From: Octopus sinensis
Lineage: Eukaryota
NCBI RefSeq assembly: GCF_006345805.1
Contig: NC_043001.1
Span: 44,392,001 to 44,456,000 of the forward strand
Direction: 5' to 3'
Length of the DNA: 64,000 nucleotides
Shown: positions 26,511-39,511 of the stretch, piece after piece
How positions within the stretch are numbered: position 1 is the first letter of the stretch
How the letters are laid out: each line of letters opens with the position of its first letter
Notes under the pieces: model-generated
Databases searched by the model: none
What the model was told of the DNA's origin: nothing
The model's input: only the letters and a program-made list of their open reading frames with translations
Translations under genes and position numbers: made by a program

Positions 26511-27020
26511 TGTATGTATGTATGTATGTATGTATGTATATATTTGTGTGTGTACGTTTGTATGTATACATACATACATACATAGTAGAATGATAAAAAG
26601 TCCTTGGTACAGTATTATATATTTGAAAAAATGAGTAGAGATGTCTTTTGGGGGGATAATCTTTATTCTAATCATAATGTTTACAATGAGTTACTCTGGT
26701 ATAAGTTTCAAGCTTCAAATGTGTTTGTGTGTGTGTGTAATGAAAGAGAACAACATGAACATTCTGTTGGCATTCCTTTATTATATCTGTTACAAATGTT
26801 TCTGTAACAGGCAATTAATTAATGATGTCACACAATAAATGCAATCCACAGGGGGCAGACACATAATACATATTCCGCCTCTGTGATATCATCAATTAAT
26901 TACCGAATACAAAAATATGTAACAGATTCAATAAAAGAATACCAAATTTATGACTGTGTTTTTACTTTTCTGGCGTAGCTCAGTGATATCTTCACTGTTT
27001 GAGAGAGATCATAGAAATGA

Positions 27021-28516
27021 TGTCGTAGCAGATAACAGTTAACTTTTGGCCGCTATTTGGACCCTGTTGTGTCCACTGCTCTGATTGGTTGGCATTGGCG
27101 CAGTTTGTCTTTTGACTTATTTCGCGGCAATGTGTGAACCAACCAATCAGAACCTTCCAATAAGATCATGTGACACAGTCTTTTGGATTTTCTTCTGGAG
27201 CCTCTAGAATGTTATAAAAATCCAGCGGTCCAGTGAATCGGGGTCTTTGGTCTCCGACCATTGACCACGCCAGACCAACCAGTTCCCGCGACCCAGCCAT
27301 GTTCCTGCTACAGTCAACGACGACACCAATATACAGCAACTCAGGACTTTTCTCTACCGTCGCCTTTCTCTGCCGTCGCCATCACCATCGTCGACTTCAC
27401 TTTTACGCCGTCATCACAACCGACGCCTTAGCTTATCGTCGCTCTTCAACTTCACGTCGTCTCCAGCAACGCCGAAACGTACACAGCAACTCGCTCTAGT
27501 TAGCTTACACGCTGTTCGTGTATATTCATCAAGGTTAACAGTCCAGCGCTACCTGCGAGATCTGTACCAATGTAACCTGGCAATGGATTGAAGCCCAACT
27601 TCTACACGCGTAGTAACTGCGCTCCTCTTTGCCCCAACTTCATTGACGCAGAACAAACTCGAATTTATCTCCATTCTTGTGTCTGGACACTTTCTACGTT
27701 CTGTGTTATTATCTCACATACATACACATTATCATGTACACACACATTGTATGTTTGACGGCCTGTCTTATTATGTACACACACACACACGAACACACAT
27801 ACACAAACACTTATTGCACGCACCGTTGTTGTACTTACAACAGACACGCAGACACACTTGTCGCACGCACTCAGACACTACACTCTGCTAGCACCCATAC
27901 ACGCTCTTATTGTACACATCTGTAAATAAAGTCATTCTCTCTCAGACAGTAGAACGGTTGTTGTCTTCCTTATTCTTTTACTGGCACTCTTATTCTTTTA
28001 TACCATGTATTGGCAATATTCTTTTGTAGGGCGACGCGACCGTGCGGCGTCTAAAAGGAGACGGATCTTTTCGGTTTGAAAGGCAGTTTTTTAAAATAAT
28101 TTCCACGTAACTAAACACTTTTAAACTTCGTATACTGGTAGAATGTGTTTATAAAACATCTTTTTCTCTTAGCATTATTGAGAAAATTCTATAGTTTGTA
28201 AGATATTTGTTGTTGTTTTTTCTTTCAATTCCTGCAATTTCAGCCAATCAATGACGTCTATTGAGGCGAAAACATTCTGTGCCGTATGAATATGTCTCTC
28301 GTTTAAGAAATAGATTGGGTTTATTTACATTTCTGAAGAAAAAAAGATACCCTTCCCCCCACCCCTAACCCTAACCCTAACTAATCCTAACTAACCCTAA
28401 CCCTAAAACAGATTGAAATGCAGTAGATCGATACTAGGGTCATAATTATGGGTGACAATTTCATATGACACCGCTAGAAAAAACTGCCGGTCAAACCGAA
28501 AAGATCCAAGGCGACA
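27021..28516 (+). mobile_element. Candidate solo-LTR-like or promoter-bearing repeat, interrupted by a MITE
   Basis: TGTCG...CGACA ends, paired CCAAT boxes (~27083, ~27143), TATAAAAA (~27213), AATAAA (~27925). No TSD recognised. Confidence 0.4.
28063..28507. mobile_element. MITE with GG-starting TIRs, 8-bp TSD and internal (CCCTAA)n; Merlin-like
   Basis: TIR ggatcttttcggtttga...tcaaaccgaaaagatcc. Flanks aaggagac/aaggcgac. Confidence 0.8.
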
Positions 28517-29369
28517 TTTCTGTCACCAACTCCTTTACGTACGGTCGTTCACTGCATTTTCATCATTGATGTGCCCCTTTATATTACGTTATAGCCTTTC
28601 ACAGACCGCATACGACCCTATGGGATCACGCGACGGAGGGAGTTTAAAGTGATTACTAAGAGCTGCATTCTAAACAATATATTGCGCACTGAACGGATCA
28701 ATTTCCACTGACATGTGTGTGCGCGCGTGCGCACGTGTTTACATATATACATATATTCAGACAACCGTTATTGAAGCATACTAATTAGGAGCAGGGTGCC
28801 CGTTTCAGCCAACTTACTGACGATAGGACTTAATGCTGTTTACATATAACAATATTAAACATAAGTACACTATATGCTGAACAGTGTATAGTATAATACA
28901 GTACATTGTTGCTATTGATTCCGGATTAAAAAGTTCCATTGAAAGTCGGAGAGATACTATATTATTACTCTACACTGTAGAGTAATAATGTAGTATCTGA
29001 TGCTGTAGAGTCTACAGCATCAGTTGTGTGGGGATGTGCCAAGTTATTGTACGATATGACATTATCAAGAAATTCTCTTATAATCGTGAGTTTGGCTTTC
29101 TCAAGTAATGGTTTGTCCGATTTCATCAGCTTCTCAAAATCTTCTATCAGTGAAGAGAACATCATCTTGTATTTCTTCTATTAGCACTTGGTAACCAGTG
29201 TCCGCCTCTCTATCTTCTAACTAGCGCCTGATGTCCTTTTCTATAACACCAGCCCTATTCTATCTCTACACCGTAGAGAATTTCTTTTTCATTTATTTGC
29301 TAAAGTTGTAGTCTTCAGTGCCTTCCACAAGACTGTAAATTTAAATTTCAATATTACAGACTCGGAAGA

Positions 29370-29975
29370 CAGTAAGCTGGCAAAATCGTTAGTACACCGA
29401 GAAAACGCTTAGCGGTATTTCGTCTGCCGCTACGTTCTGAGTTCAAATTCCGCCGAGGTCGACTTTGCCTTTCATCCTTTCGGGGTCGATAAATTAAGTA
29501 CCAGTTACGCACTGGGGTCGATGTAATCGACTTAATCCGTTTGTCTGTCCTTGTTTGTTCCCTCTGTGTTTAGCCCCTTGTGGGTAGTAAAGAAATAGGT
29601 ATTTCTCCTAGCGGCGAGCTGGCAGAAACGTTAGCGCGCCGAGCGAAATGCTTAGCTGTATTTCGATTGTCTTTATGTTCTGAGTTCAAATCGCGCCGAG
29701 GTCAACTTTGCCTTTCATCCTTTCGGGGTCGATTAAATAAGAACCAGTTATGCACTGGGGTCGATATAATCGACTTAATCCGTTTGTCTGACTTTGTTTG
29801 TCCCTTCTGTGTTTAGCCGCTTGTGGGTAGTAAAGAAATAGGTATTTCTCCTGTTTTTACGTTCTGAGTTCGGGGTCGATAAAATAAGTATCAGTTGGAT
29901 ACTGGCATAGATGTAATCGATTTATCCTTCCCTCGAAACTGCTGGCTTTATGCCAAAATTTGAAAGCAATATTAC
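29370..29975 (+). mobile_element. Nested/tandem cluster of SINE family B
   Basis: Repeated gagttc...ggggtcgat...aagtaccag cores and the tail tgtgggtagtaaagaaataggta. Confidence 0.8.
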
Positions 29976-30500
29976 AGACTTGGGGTAAATAGTTCTTGGT
30001 GCTACTGAGAGTTCAATGTTTTTATGTGTCTTCCCTAATACTTTCCATTTCTATCTCCACGCTAACAACATTCATATATTAGATATTCTATTTTGCCGTC
30101 TACCATTATATTTTAATCTATCTGCCAGGTCGTGGAGGTAACACTGAGTGTCAAGAACCATAGGCTCGGAACAGGGGTTGCAGGGAGTGCAAGCGCACCT
30201 CCTAAACTTGGGGTGGAGCAGTGAAAACACTTTGAATATCCTCCTGAAAAACTGGGTTTGCACCCCCTAAGCAAATTTCATCCCCGTACTCATGTCAAGA
30301 ACATAACCTCATGTTACCATCGTTACTGACAAGCAGACGGCCACCTGAGTAAACATGTACATTGTCCAAAGTTGTAGCGCTTTCTCCTCATTAGTTAAAA
30401 ACCTTCCTGATATTTTATACTCTGTAGGAATAAAATACAAGAGAAGCCAGTCCTTAAAGATTTGCGTGATGAACTATAATTTCTTGGAATAGCAATAATG

Positions 30501-30916
30501 GAATCTTTTCGGTTTGAACGGCAGTTTCTAACATAATTTCTAGGTAACTAAAAAAATTTTTAACTTCGTATACTGGTAGAATGTGTTTATAAAACATGTT
30601 TTTCTCTTGGCTTTATTGAGAAAATTTTATGGTTTGTAAGATATTTGTTGTTTTTTTTTCCTTCAATTTCTGCAATTTCAACCAATCACTGACGTCTATT
30701 GAGGTAAAAAAAACATTCTGTGCCGTATGAATATGTCCCTCGTTTAAGAAACAGATTGGGTTTATTTACATTTCTGAAGAAAAAAAGATACCCTTCCCCC
30801 CACCCCTAACCCTAACCCAGGTTGAAATGCAATAGATCGATTCTTGGGTCATAATTATAGGTGACAATTTCATATGACACCGCTAGAAAAAACTGCCGTT
30901 CAAACCGAAAAAATCC
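30501..30916. mobile_element. Second copy of the Merlin-like MITE
   Basis: Same TIRs and body as 28063. Perfect 8-bp TSD caataatg. Confidence 0.85.
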
Positions 30917-32242
30917 CAATAATGTACTAGTAGCTGGTGCATTATGGCTTTTTAAATTCGTGCGGACATGCTGATATCCCCACCACTAACTTCAGTCTGC
31001 AATCACAAGATTGAAAATCTTTCTATATCTATGACAGTGTGGAGGATTCATTCTTAGAATCTTGTGCATTCCGGACTAGTTAGTTAGCACCATTATAATC
31101 CAGTTTCATCCAACTGTTGAGAAATAAGGAGGGTTTTATTTTTGCACTTAATCAAGTCATATAACTTCTTCCTGGATGGTTCTATTTCTTTAGTTGATAT
31201 ACTGTTTGCTTTTTTATTGAAAGTCTTATTACTCACCCCACGACGATTTCTAAATCGTCATAACCACCCGTCGTTAGCTTCGAAATTCTTGATTTCCACA
31301 TGCCTTGCAAGCTTGCTCACAGCACTGTTTCTTTACTTACGTTACGGACGGACGGACGTTGTTACTACACGATCGTTGATGGATAAACTCTTGCATTTCT
31401 ACCTCGACGATATCTTTTGCAGTCCTCACACGCTTTCTTTGCACCGACAGATGATTTAGAATTTACATCAAAATTATGTCTCAAAGAAAATGCAGTGAGT
31501 TTGTCTTTAGCCTTGTGAATGTCCAAAAGTGTTTGTTTTAACATCACGAAATGTCACCACCAAATCCCAAGATCACATATCATTGAAACATCAGCAAAAA
31601 TTGCAGCTCAGTGCAAGTTCGTTGTGTTGCATATGGTTATTATTATCCCAGTGCAGCATGCTACCATACTGAACCTACTAATTCGGCATTAGCATTACTA
31701 AAAGTAAATAAACTTTGTGCTACTTTGACCTGAATTAATCTTGTGTATTATCATAATCTGTATTATTATAGTTGAAAACAAATTGCAGTCAGATTAATTC
31801 ACGAAACTGCAAAAAGAAAATCATTATTTTTAAAAATCAGCTTCACTTTCATAAAATATTCAACAATTTGTGTTATACATCCGTTATGAAAATGTGGTGG
31901 TGTGTGGAAGGGAATGAGAAGACGAAGTTAATATCCTTATTTTCCAATACCAGTTCCTTTTGGTTCATTATATACAAACGTATTATTACTCCGAATATGA
32001 ATTTCTATTCATACTTATTGCATTTGCTGCTATGAATGTTTATGAATATAGATATTTTCATTATTTTTGCGAGATGATATTTCAAAGCTCTTACAAAGCA
32101 AAGCACATAGCCATCTGTAACGAATAAATTTTTATTCTACATTAATGCAATATATAATATTATTCTCCATGTCTTCCCCCTTCTCATTCATTTAATTGTG
32201 AGTGACTTATTAGCTCATAACTAGCCTTCTATATAGATAGAT

Positions 32243-32330
<88 letters not shown>

Positions 32331-32573
32331 CTGTAAGGAAGTATGTTAGTGTGTATCTGAGTGTCTGTGTATATTTATGCGCATGCGTTTGTGCATGTGT
32401 GTAAGTGAACATCTGAACGTATCTAAATATTTACACAACAACTTCAAAGTTATTTGTAGTTCCTCTAATGAAGACCCACACAAAGACATCGAGAAATGGT
32501 TCACACATACATTTACATACACGTAGTCGTATACACATGCTTGGACATACACACACACAACGCGTACACTTAT

Positions 32574-32699
<126 letters not shown>

Positions 32700-33159
32700 G
32701 TATTAAAATACCTACGAATATGTAATATGCATACACATACTTGGCTAAACATTTACATACACATTCACGTACACATACGCATATAAAAATTTTCAACGCA
32801 TAAATAACTTCACATTTACACGGATATAATTGTATGATGTTTACAACTGGATTTCCAGAATATGAAGGGATAGCAAGTGAGAGGTGTTAATCCTATGACC
32901 GAAGTGATTCCTTATAACAACCTTCATTATATTTAGAGATGTTTTCGCCAGTCTATACTATGTGTTTTGATGTTTTTTCTATCCCCGCGTGTGTACAAAG
33001 GAAGGAAATAGTACGTTTGAAGCAGATGATTTCTTCTGTCGCCGAACGCTCGCATAAATGTGGGAAACTCAGAGTAGGGACGGATTAAATTATCAGCTTT
33101 AAATTTTATTAAATATATCGTGTCGAGTCAAAGTTTTTGCAATATATTGGCAACTTTTT

Positions 33160-33375
33160 TGCTTTATTGGCCATGATACAACGAACACAGCCTAGTATTC
33201 GAGGAAGAGGTAACATCTGAAGCCAACCTTTCTATCTGTTCTTTGATCCCATCCATATACCAGTTCTTGTCTTTCAAAGCGAAGAACTCCTTCTCTGAAA
33301 CTTCCACTTCTATTTGGATGATGAAGCTTTGCGAGCGTAGGAAAGGAGCTATGGATCGGAACAAGTAATAATAGG
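33160..33375 (-). pseudogene. mariner transposase C-terminal relic
   Basis: YYLFRSIAPFL...EVEVSEKEFFALKDKNWYMDGIKEQIER. Confidence 0.55.
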
Positions 33376-33959
33376 AGGCATTTATTATTATTATTGAGTG
33401 ACAAAGCAGCACATGCCATCAAAGTGACGCTGGGGTACAAATATGCGATGGCCAATATACTCATCATGACTACTCGTCACATAAGTGAACACGAGGCACA
33501 TGAATCATAACCATATGTGCGTGACATGGTCATCTCATCTCAAGATAAACAGCCCAGTTAGAAATTTCTTCAGGTCAAGTAGCCCATCCCGCTCAAAAGG
33601 TCTCTAAGTTTTTTTTTTTAAGGATGATGAACGAAACACCCATGTTTCCAGAGGTAAAATATTTAAATCCCAAAGAATTCCTCTCAACAAATGGCTATGG
33701 TGCTCCCCTACTACTTTTTCTCGTAATCAGAGATGCACTTGTTGTCAGCCATGGCGAGCTGGTAGAATCGTAAGCACGGCGGACAATATATTCAGCGATC
33801 CGTCTTTACGTCCTGAATTCAAATTTCGCCGAATGCGACTTTGCCTTTCGTCCTTTCAGGGTCGATAAAAACCAACTGAACGCTGGGGTCGATGCAATCG
33901 ACTTATCCCGGAAATTGCTGGCCTTGTGCCAAAATGTGAAACAATTATTATTTTTTTTT

Positions 33960-34815
33960 TATCACAGGTTTTGTTGAAGCTCCTGGAGTCTTGCATGCGT
34001 AGCAGGTTTGCTGCCCGCAGCCTTCGGTACCATACTACCTGTTCTTTTCAATTATGTAATATTTTCCTGATTATTCTGGCCGTGCCCTTGATGCAAACCC
34101 TTTTTCATAGTTCTGCTGGGCACTCTATTCCAATTTTCTTTATATTCCTTTTGATGCCTTCTGATACTGTCTCCAAGGACCCAACACTGATTGGCACTAT
34201 CTTCCCCTTCATCTTCCATAGCCGGGCTATTTCGTACTTAAGAGGTTTGTATCTATCTATTCTTTTGTCTTCCTTTTTGACTCTTCGTGGGTCAAAGGGG
34301 CATGCAACGTCAACTATATAGTATATTTGGTGCACCTTGTCCACCACCACTATGTCCGGTCTGTTATGCTCTAGAATCTGATCCGTTTGGATTGGGAAAT
34401 CCCAGAGGATTTTGCTAGTCAACCACTCTCTGCGGTTTGTGCTCATACTACGTCTTGCCTCTCTCTAGCCCCCACTTTTCGCACAGTTTCCAATGTAGCA
34501 CTTTCGCTACCTTATCGTGTCGCCACAACTTGTAGTGGTTTTGGGAAAGACTAAGGCATTCATTCGTCATATGGGCAATGGTTTCGTCACTCTATTGCAG
34601 ATGCGGTACAACGGATACACTTTCTCATTCCTAAGGTTGACCCTCCAGTTCGTGGTCAAAGCTTGGTCTTGTGCTGCCAGTACAGTGCTTTCGGTTTCTT
34701 TTTTTTAAGCTTCCTATCACCAGCCAATCCCACCTACTTTTTCCAGCAACTTCTATTGTTGCTACATGGAATTGATTGTGTAGTCCCTTCTTGCGTAATT
34801 CTTCTTCATGTCCTT
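33960..34815 (-). pseudogene. R4/Dong-like retrotransposon fragment (second subfamily)
   Basis: ETESTVLAAQDQALTTN; ILWDFPIQTDQILEHNRPDIVVVDK...IVDVACPFD...KIDRYKPLKYEIARLW. Confidence 0.85.
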
Positions 34816-34834
34816 TTTGTACATTATTATTATT

Positions 34835-34866
<32 letters not shown>

Positions 34867-35029
34867 GTTATTATTATTATTATTATTAAGGCGGCAAGCT
34901 AGTAGAATCGTTAGCACGCTGGAAAAAATGCTTAGCTGTATTTCACCCGTCACTACGTTCTGAGTTCAAATTTCGCCGAGGTCGACTTTGCTTTTTATCC
35001 CTTCGGAATCTATTAAATAAGTACCAGTT

Positions 35030-35129
35030 NNNNNNNNNNNNNNNNNNNNNNNNNNNNNNNNNNNNNNNNNNNNNNNNNNNNNNNNNNNNNNNNNNNNNNN
35101 NNNNNNNNNNNNNNNNNNNNNNNNNNNNN
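35030..35129. other. Assembly gap (100 N)
   Basis: Run of N that truncates a family B SINE. Confidence 1.
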
Positions 35130-35991
35130 ATGCGTGTGTGTGTTAGTTGTTAATCTTGGGCTCAGCAGGACCCCGAATTCAACTTGGAGTCGAAAACACC
35201 AGTAGAAGTGTAGCTTTTCTTTTCTTTTATAGCAGTTCCATATAATCGTTTTAATATTGTATAATACACGGTAGACATCCACTAACTCTCTTTCCACTCT
35301 TTTCTTATTGCCTCCTTTCACTCTCTACACCGTTGCACACTTCCAGTCTCTGCACCGTTGGACCGTACAAGCTTTTTTTCCTTTTTCTCAGCCTCCATTT
35401 TCATTCAATGTCAATTTTGGATGATAGCCGTGAACTTGTCTTCATTAACAGATTCGAGTTCACTGACGAAGTTTTGATATAACTGCGCTACCGTAAATCG
35501 TAAAACATCGAAACGGGTCAGTGGAATTGCATCATATTAATATTCTTTATATAATAACAATAAGGATTTTTTTCTTGGTCACAAGCGTCGAAGACATTGA
35601 GGACAATATCAAGGGACGAAATACAACGCTCAAAAGAGTTGGGTTTATGGCTGGCTGTGTTGTGAGAAGTCTGTTTCTCAACGACATGGTCCCCCGGATT
35701 CTGTCCCACTGCGTGGCACTTTGGGAAAGTGTCTTCTACTATAGCGTCAGGTTGACCAAAGCATTCTGAATGGACTTGGTAGACAGAAACTGATAGAATA
35801 CTGTCATATAGTCAATTCAAATAAACGAATAAAAAGCGAAACCAAAAAAAAAACGAACGTGAGAATGTACACAAGAAAAGTATTAGCTTAACGCTCGGTG
35901 AAAGGACGTTTCGAACATAGCTTCTCATCTATAGGAAAGAAAAGGAAAAGTCCAAAGATGGAAACGAAATCACCAACAGTACATGCGTAAT

Positions 35992-36024
<33 letters not shown>

Positions 36025-36029
<5 letters not shown>

Positions 36030-36230
36030 TAATCCCAACATGAAAACACAACAACGCGAGGACGTGGAATAAATATAGTATTATTGGACGCTCAGGAAGG
36101 AAGGGAAGAAGGAGGGTTTAACGTTTCGAGCGGAGCTCTTCGTCAGAAACATAGGAAAAGGAAAGATCCAGAGAAGGGAAAACGGAGGAAAAAAATCACC
36201 AACGGTACACACGCGGTCACATTTTGAATG
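36025..36230 (-). mobile_element. ~205-bp HHR-bearing element in (TA)n
   Basis: Same sequence and same ends as 49392-49610, in the opposite orientation. Confidence 0.75.
36116..36150 (-). ncRNA. Minimal type I hammerhead ribozyme
   Basis: Minus strand gttt-CTGACGA-a-gagc-tcc-gctc-GAAAC-GTT-aaac. Confidence 0.72.
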
Positions 36231-36232
36231 CA

Positions 36233-36268
<36 letters not shown>

Positions 36269-36712
36269 GTTCAAATTTACAGTGAACAAAAGGCGAAGAC
36301 AGGTGTAGGAACAACAAACAGGTGTATTTAACGCCCCGGGAAGAATGGAAAAGTCTTTTACGTTTCAAGACTACGATCTTCGACAGAAAGGATTAAGAGG
36401 AAAAAGAAAAAAGAATAGAATATCTATATATTTGTCCCACCGTAGTAGTTTGGCAGCCGGTAATGAATCCAACACGGTAACCACTTAGCCAAGCGTTTCC
36501 ACTTAATTTGAAAGGCATAAAAATAACATATGAGTGTAGAAGACATGTTGGAGCTTCAAATATGGCGTCTAATTTTATTTGGGGAGGCATTTGTATATAG
36601 AAAACATGACTATCGAAAAAATATAAAGGTATGTAAAAAATGAAGTATGGAGATTGATGAGTTAAAAACATGTGTGTATACATATATAGATATACATAGA
36701 CATTCATATATA

Positions 36713-36743
<31 letters not shown>

Positions 36744-36744
<1 letters not shown>

Positions 36745-36860
36745 TTAGCAATTAAGGACAACTACTTAATAAGGAGAACTTAACAAGAGATTGTCAGGTA
36801 GATAGCGTGAAAACCTCAAAAGAGAAAAAATTTCGAAAATAATTATTTCTTATTGAACAT
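36744..36860 (-). mobile_element. Truncated dispersed copy of the 482-bp retrozyme-like unit
   Basis: Starts at the same base (tttagcaattaaggac) as 22224 and is embedded in (TA)n. Confidence 0.85.
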
Positions 36861-36885
36861 ATATATATATATATATATATATATG

Positions 36886-37098
36886 CAGGGTTGGCCAAAA
36901 GTCACCCGACAGTAAATAAATATTCTATAAATAATATAAGTAATTCTGTATTGATTCGAATGGAAAAATGTGTCGCCCAAAAAGGACTACAGTTTGAACA
37001 ATTTTCATGATGCTTAAATTCATTCAATTGTTAAGCATAAATAAATCTTGGAATTAAATGGTTTTGATTTATTACCAGGCGGTTTTGGGCCAACCCTA
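36886..37098. mobile_element. Tc1/mariner-type MITE
   Basis: Imperfect TIR cagggttggccaaaa / ttttgggccaaccct in TA context. An internal 70 bp recurs at ~38381-38452. Confidence 0.65.
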
Positions 37099-37163
37099 TA
37101 TACACACACAAATACATACATACATTCAGACATACACACACACATATATATATATATACATAC

Positions 37164-37198
<35 letters not shown>

Positions 37199-37227
37199 AC
37201 AGACAGACGACAGACAGACAGACAGAC

Positions 37228-37258
<31 letters not shown>

Positions 37259-37349
37259 TAGACAGACAGACACTCACACACACTTATGAAACATGTAGCC
37301 CGGATATCTATTCCATTCCTTAGCTCTTGCGTGTGTGTGTATATATTAT

Positions 37350-37397
<48 letters not shown>

Positions 37398-38519
37398 AGT
37401 ATGTATGTATGTATGTATGTATGTATGTATGTATGTATGTATGTATGTATGGTATCCATGTATGCATGTGTCAATCTGCGTCTACTTGTCATCGTTCCTT
37501 ATCATATTTCACTCTGGCATTCATTCATCCATTCGTGTGACATTTAGCCTCGTGTGACATAAATCTGTGAGTGTGTGTGTGTGGAATTTTGGCTACATGC
37601 GTTGTAGGAACGAAGCGGGTATCACTAACGAATGGGGCAGGGATAACTTTCTAGTGTCGCGTGCGTGTGTGCTCAAGTTAGTCGGCGGGAAAGAAAGTTA
37701 GCAGTAACAATTGTAACAATATCCGTTTTGCATAATAAAACTGACAGTAAAAAAAAGGGAAAGAAAAGAAAACATGGACGCCTGCTGCATGAAAACTGAA
37801 TTGTAGTTCCTGTGCTGGTATATTTTATTTTAGTCAATCAAAATAATTTCATTTAATTGAAATTGCACCCTTAATGAGGAAAACAACCATTTACTAAATG
37901 ACTAAGTTTAGGCAAATAAAAAGAAAGGGAGTATAACTCAGAAATTTTAACAAAATAAAATTAAGTAACTATACGTGTGGGCATGGCTCTGTGGTTAAGA
38001 AACTTGTTTTGCAACCAGGTAGTTTCGTGGCACCGTAGGCTGGTATCTTCTACTATAGCCTTGTTGGCGAATTTTGGGAAAAAATTACTTTCCAACGATA
38101 TTTTACTCGAAATATGACTATTCTGGGGGCTAGTAGATTATATTACTCCCAGCTTTATTTTATGAATATCGGTAGCATGACAGACAAAGTAGAATTGGGT
38201 AGGTTTGAGCTCAGAACATTAGAAGAGCATAAATAAATACAACAAAGGTTATGCGGTGATCGTCATATATATATTCCATAAATATATATCGTCATATATA
38301 TATTCCATAAATATATATATATATTCCATATATATATTACGAGGGTGATCGTCATACATATATTCCATAAACAATGTATGTAATTCTGTATTGACTCGAA
38401 TGGAAAAATGTGTCGCTGAAGAAGGACTTCAGTTTGAACAATTTTCATGATGATTCACACACACACACACACAGATCGATATATATTTGTGTGTGTATAT
38501 ATGTATGTACACATATTAT

Positions 38520-38569
<50 letters not shown>

Positions 38570-38981
38570 TTATGTATGTATTTGTGTGTTTATCTTTATG
38601 TTTTTATGTTGTTGTTGTTGTCACCCATCCCCCTTACCATTCGACAACTGTCAAGTTACACCACCGTAACTTAGCTGTCCGGCAAAAGGAAACGATAACG
38701 ATAGAATAAGTACCATAGTTTTGAAAAAAAAAACAGTTCTGGTATCAGTTTATTCGACTAAACCATTTAACGTGAATGCCCTAGCATGACCGCAGGTTAA
38801 TAACTGAGACAAGTAAAAGAAGCTAGACTGCGCTGGAGGAATAATTTTAACCTTTAGCAAAACGGTGACAACTGCGGACATATTTTGGTGTTATTAGACC
38901 TTATAAGAGAAGCTTAGTTTAACGGTCGTAGAAGGCGCGTGGCTTAATGGTTATGTTGTTGACTCACATTCGTAAGGTACA

Positions 38982-39511
38982 TCTATATTAATAAAAGCGA
39001 AATTGTGTCTGTCCGTCTGGAACCCCTGTACTTCAGTCTACATTTGCTCTACATAGACATATTATACCATTTTGGAATCAGGATGATCCCGGGATTGAAA
39101 ATCTGCCCTTCATTTAGTTCTTGAACATCCAGAATTGGGATATGATTTAAAAGCATTTGGGCTACTATTTCTAGCAGGCAAAGCTTGGGTGATTCACGCT
39201 ATCTTAGTTGGCATTTGTCAGATGACGTTAGATATCAAGGAGGGAGATAAATGACATTCGTTTCGTTAATTTTACACCGTGATAAGAACTTTGGGACAAA
39301 TTGGCCAGGGACTGGAACAATAGAATGATTGCATTACAAAATTAATTCCCATCCGTCCTTAACCTCTTATCAAACCCCACCGGGGTATATAGTCATTATA
39401 GAAATATTATAGTCATGTTATTTAGCTCTCTTTAGTTTTGGTCCGCAGGCTTAATTAGACCTCCGCGGGAGCTAGCCTAAAAGTCAGCACGGAATGCAGC
39501 TTTTAAGCTAG
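38982..39511 (+). mobile_element. Non-autonomous Helitron-like element
   Basis: a|TCtatattaataaaa...gtctgtccgtctg start. Imperfect hairpin then CTAG|t end. Confidence 0.6.

Larger units (their letters stand above)
28960..31500 (-). pseudogene. Fragmented pogo/Tigger-like transposase relic
   Basis: Minus strand KFEANDGWL*RFRNRRG (CENP-B-type HTH, ~31240-31290), QIFKDWLL..FIP (~30430-30465), LDN and LWKAL remnants. Interrupted by SINEs and MITEs. Confidence 0.6.

Noticed and set aside
28345-28405. Telomere or chromosome-fusion scar
   Set aside because: The array is short and internal to a MITE present twice.
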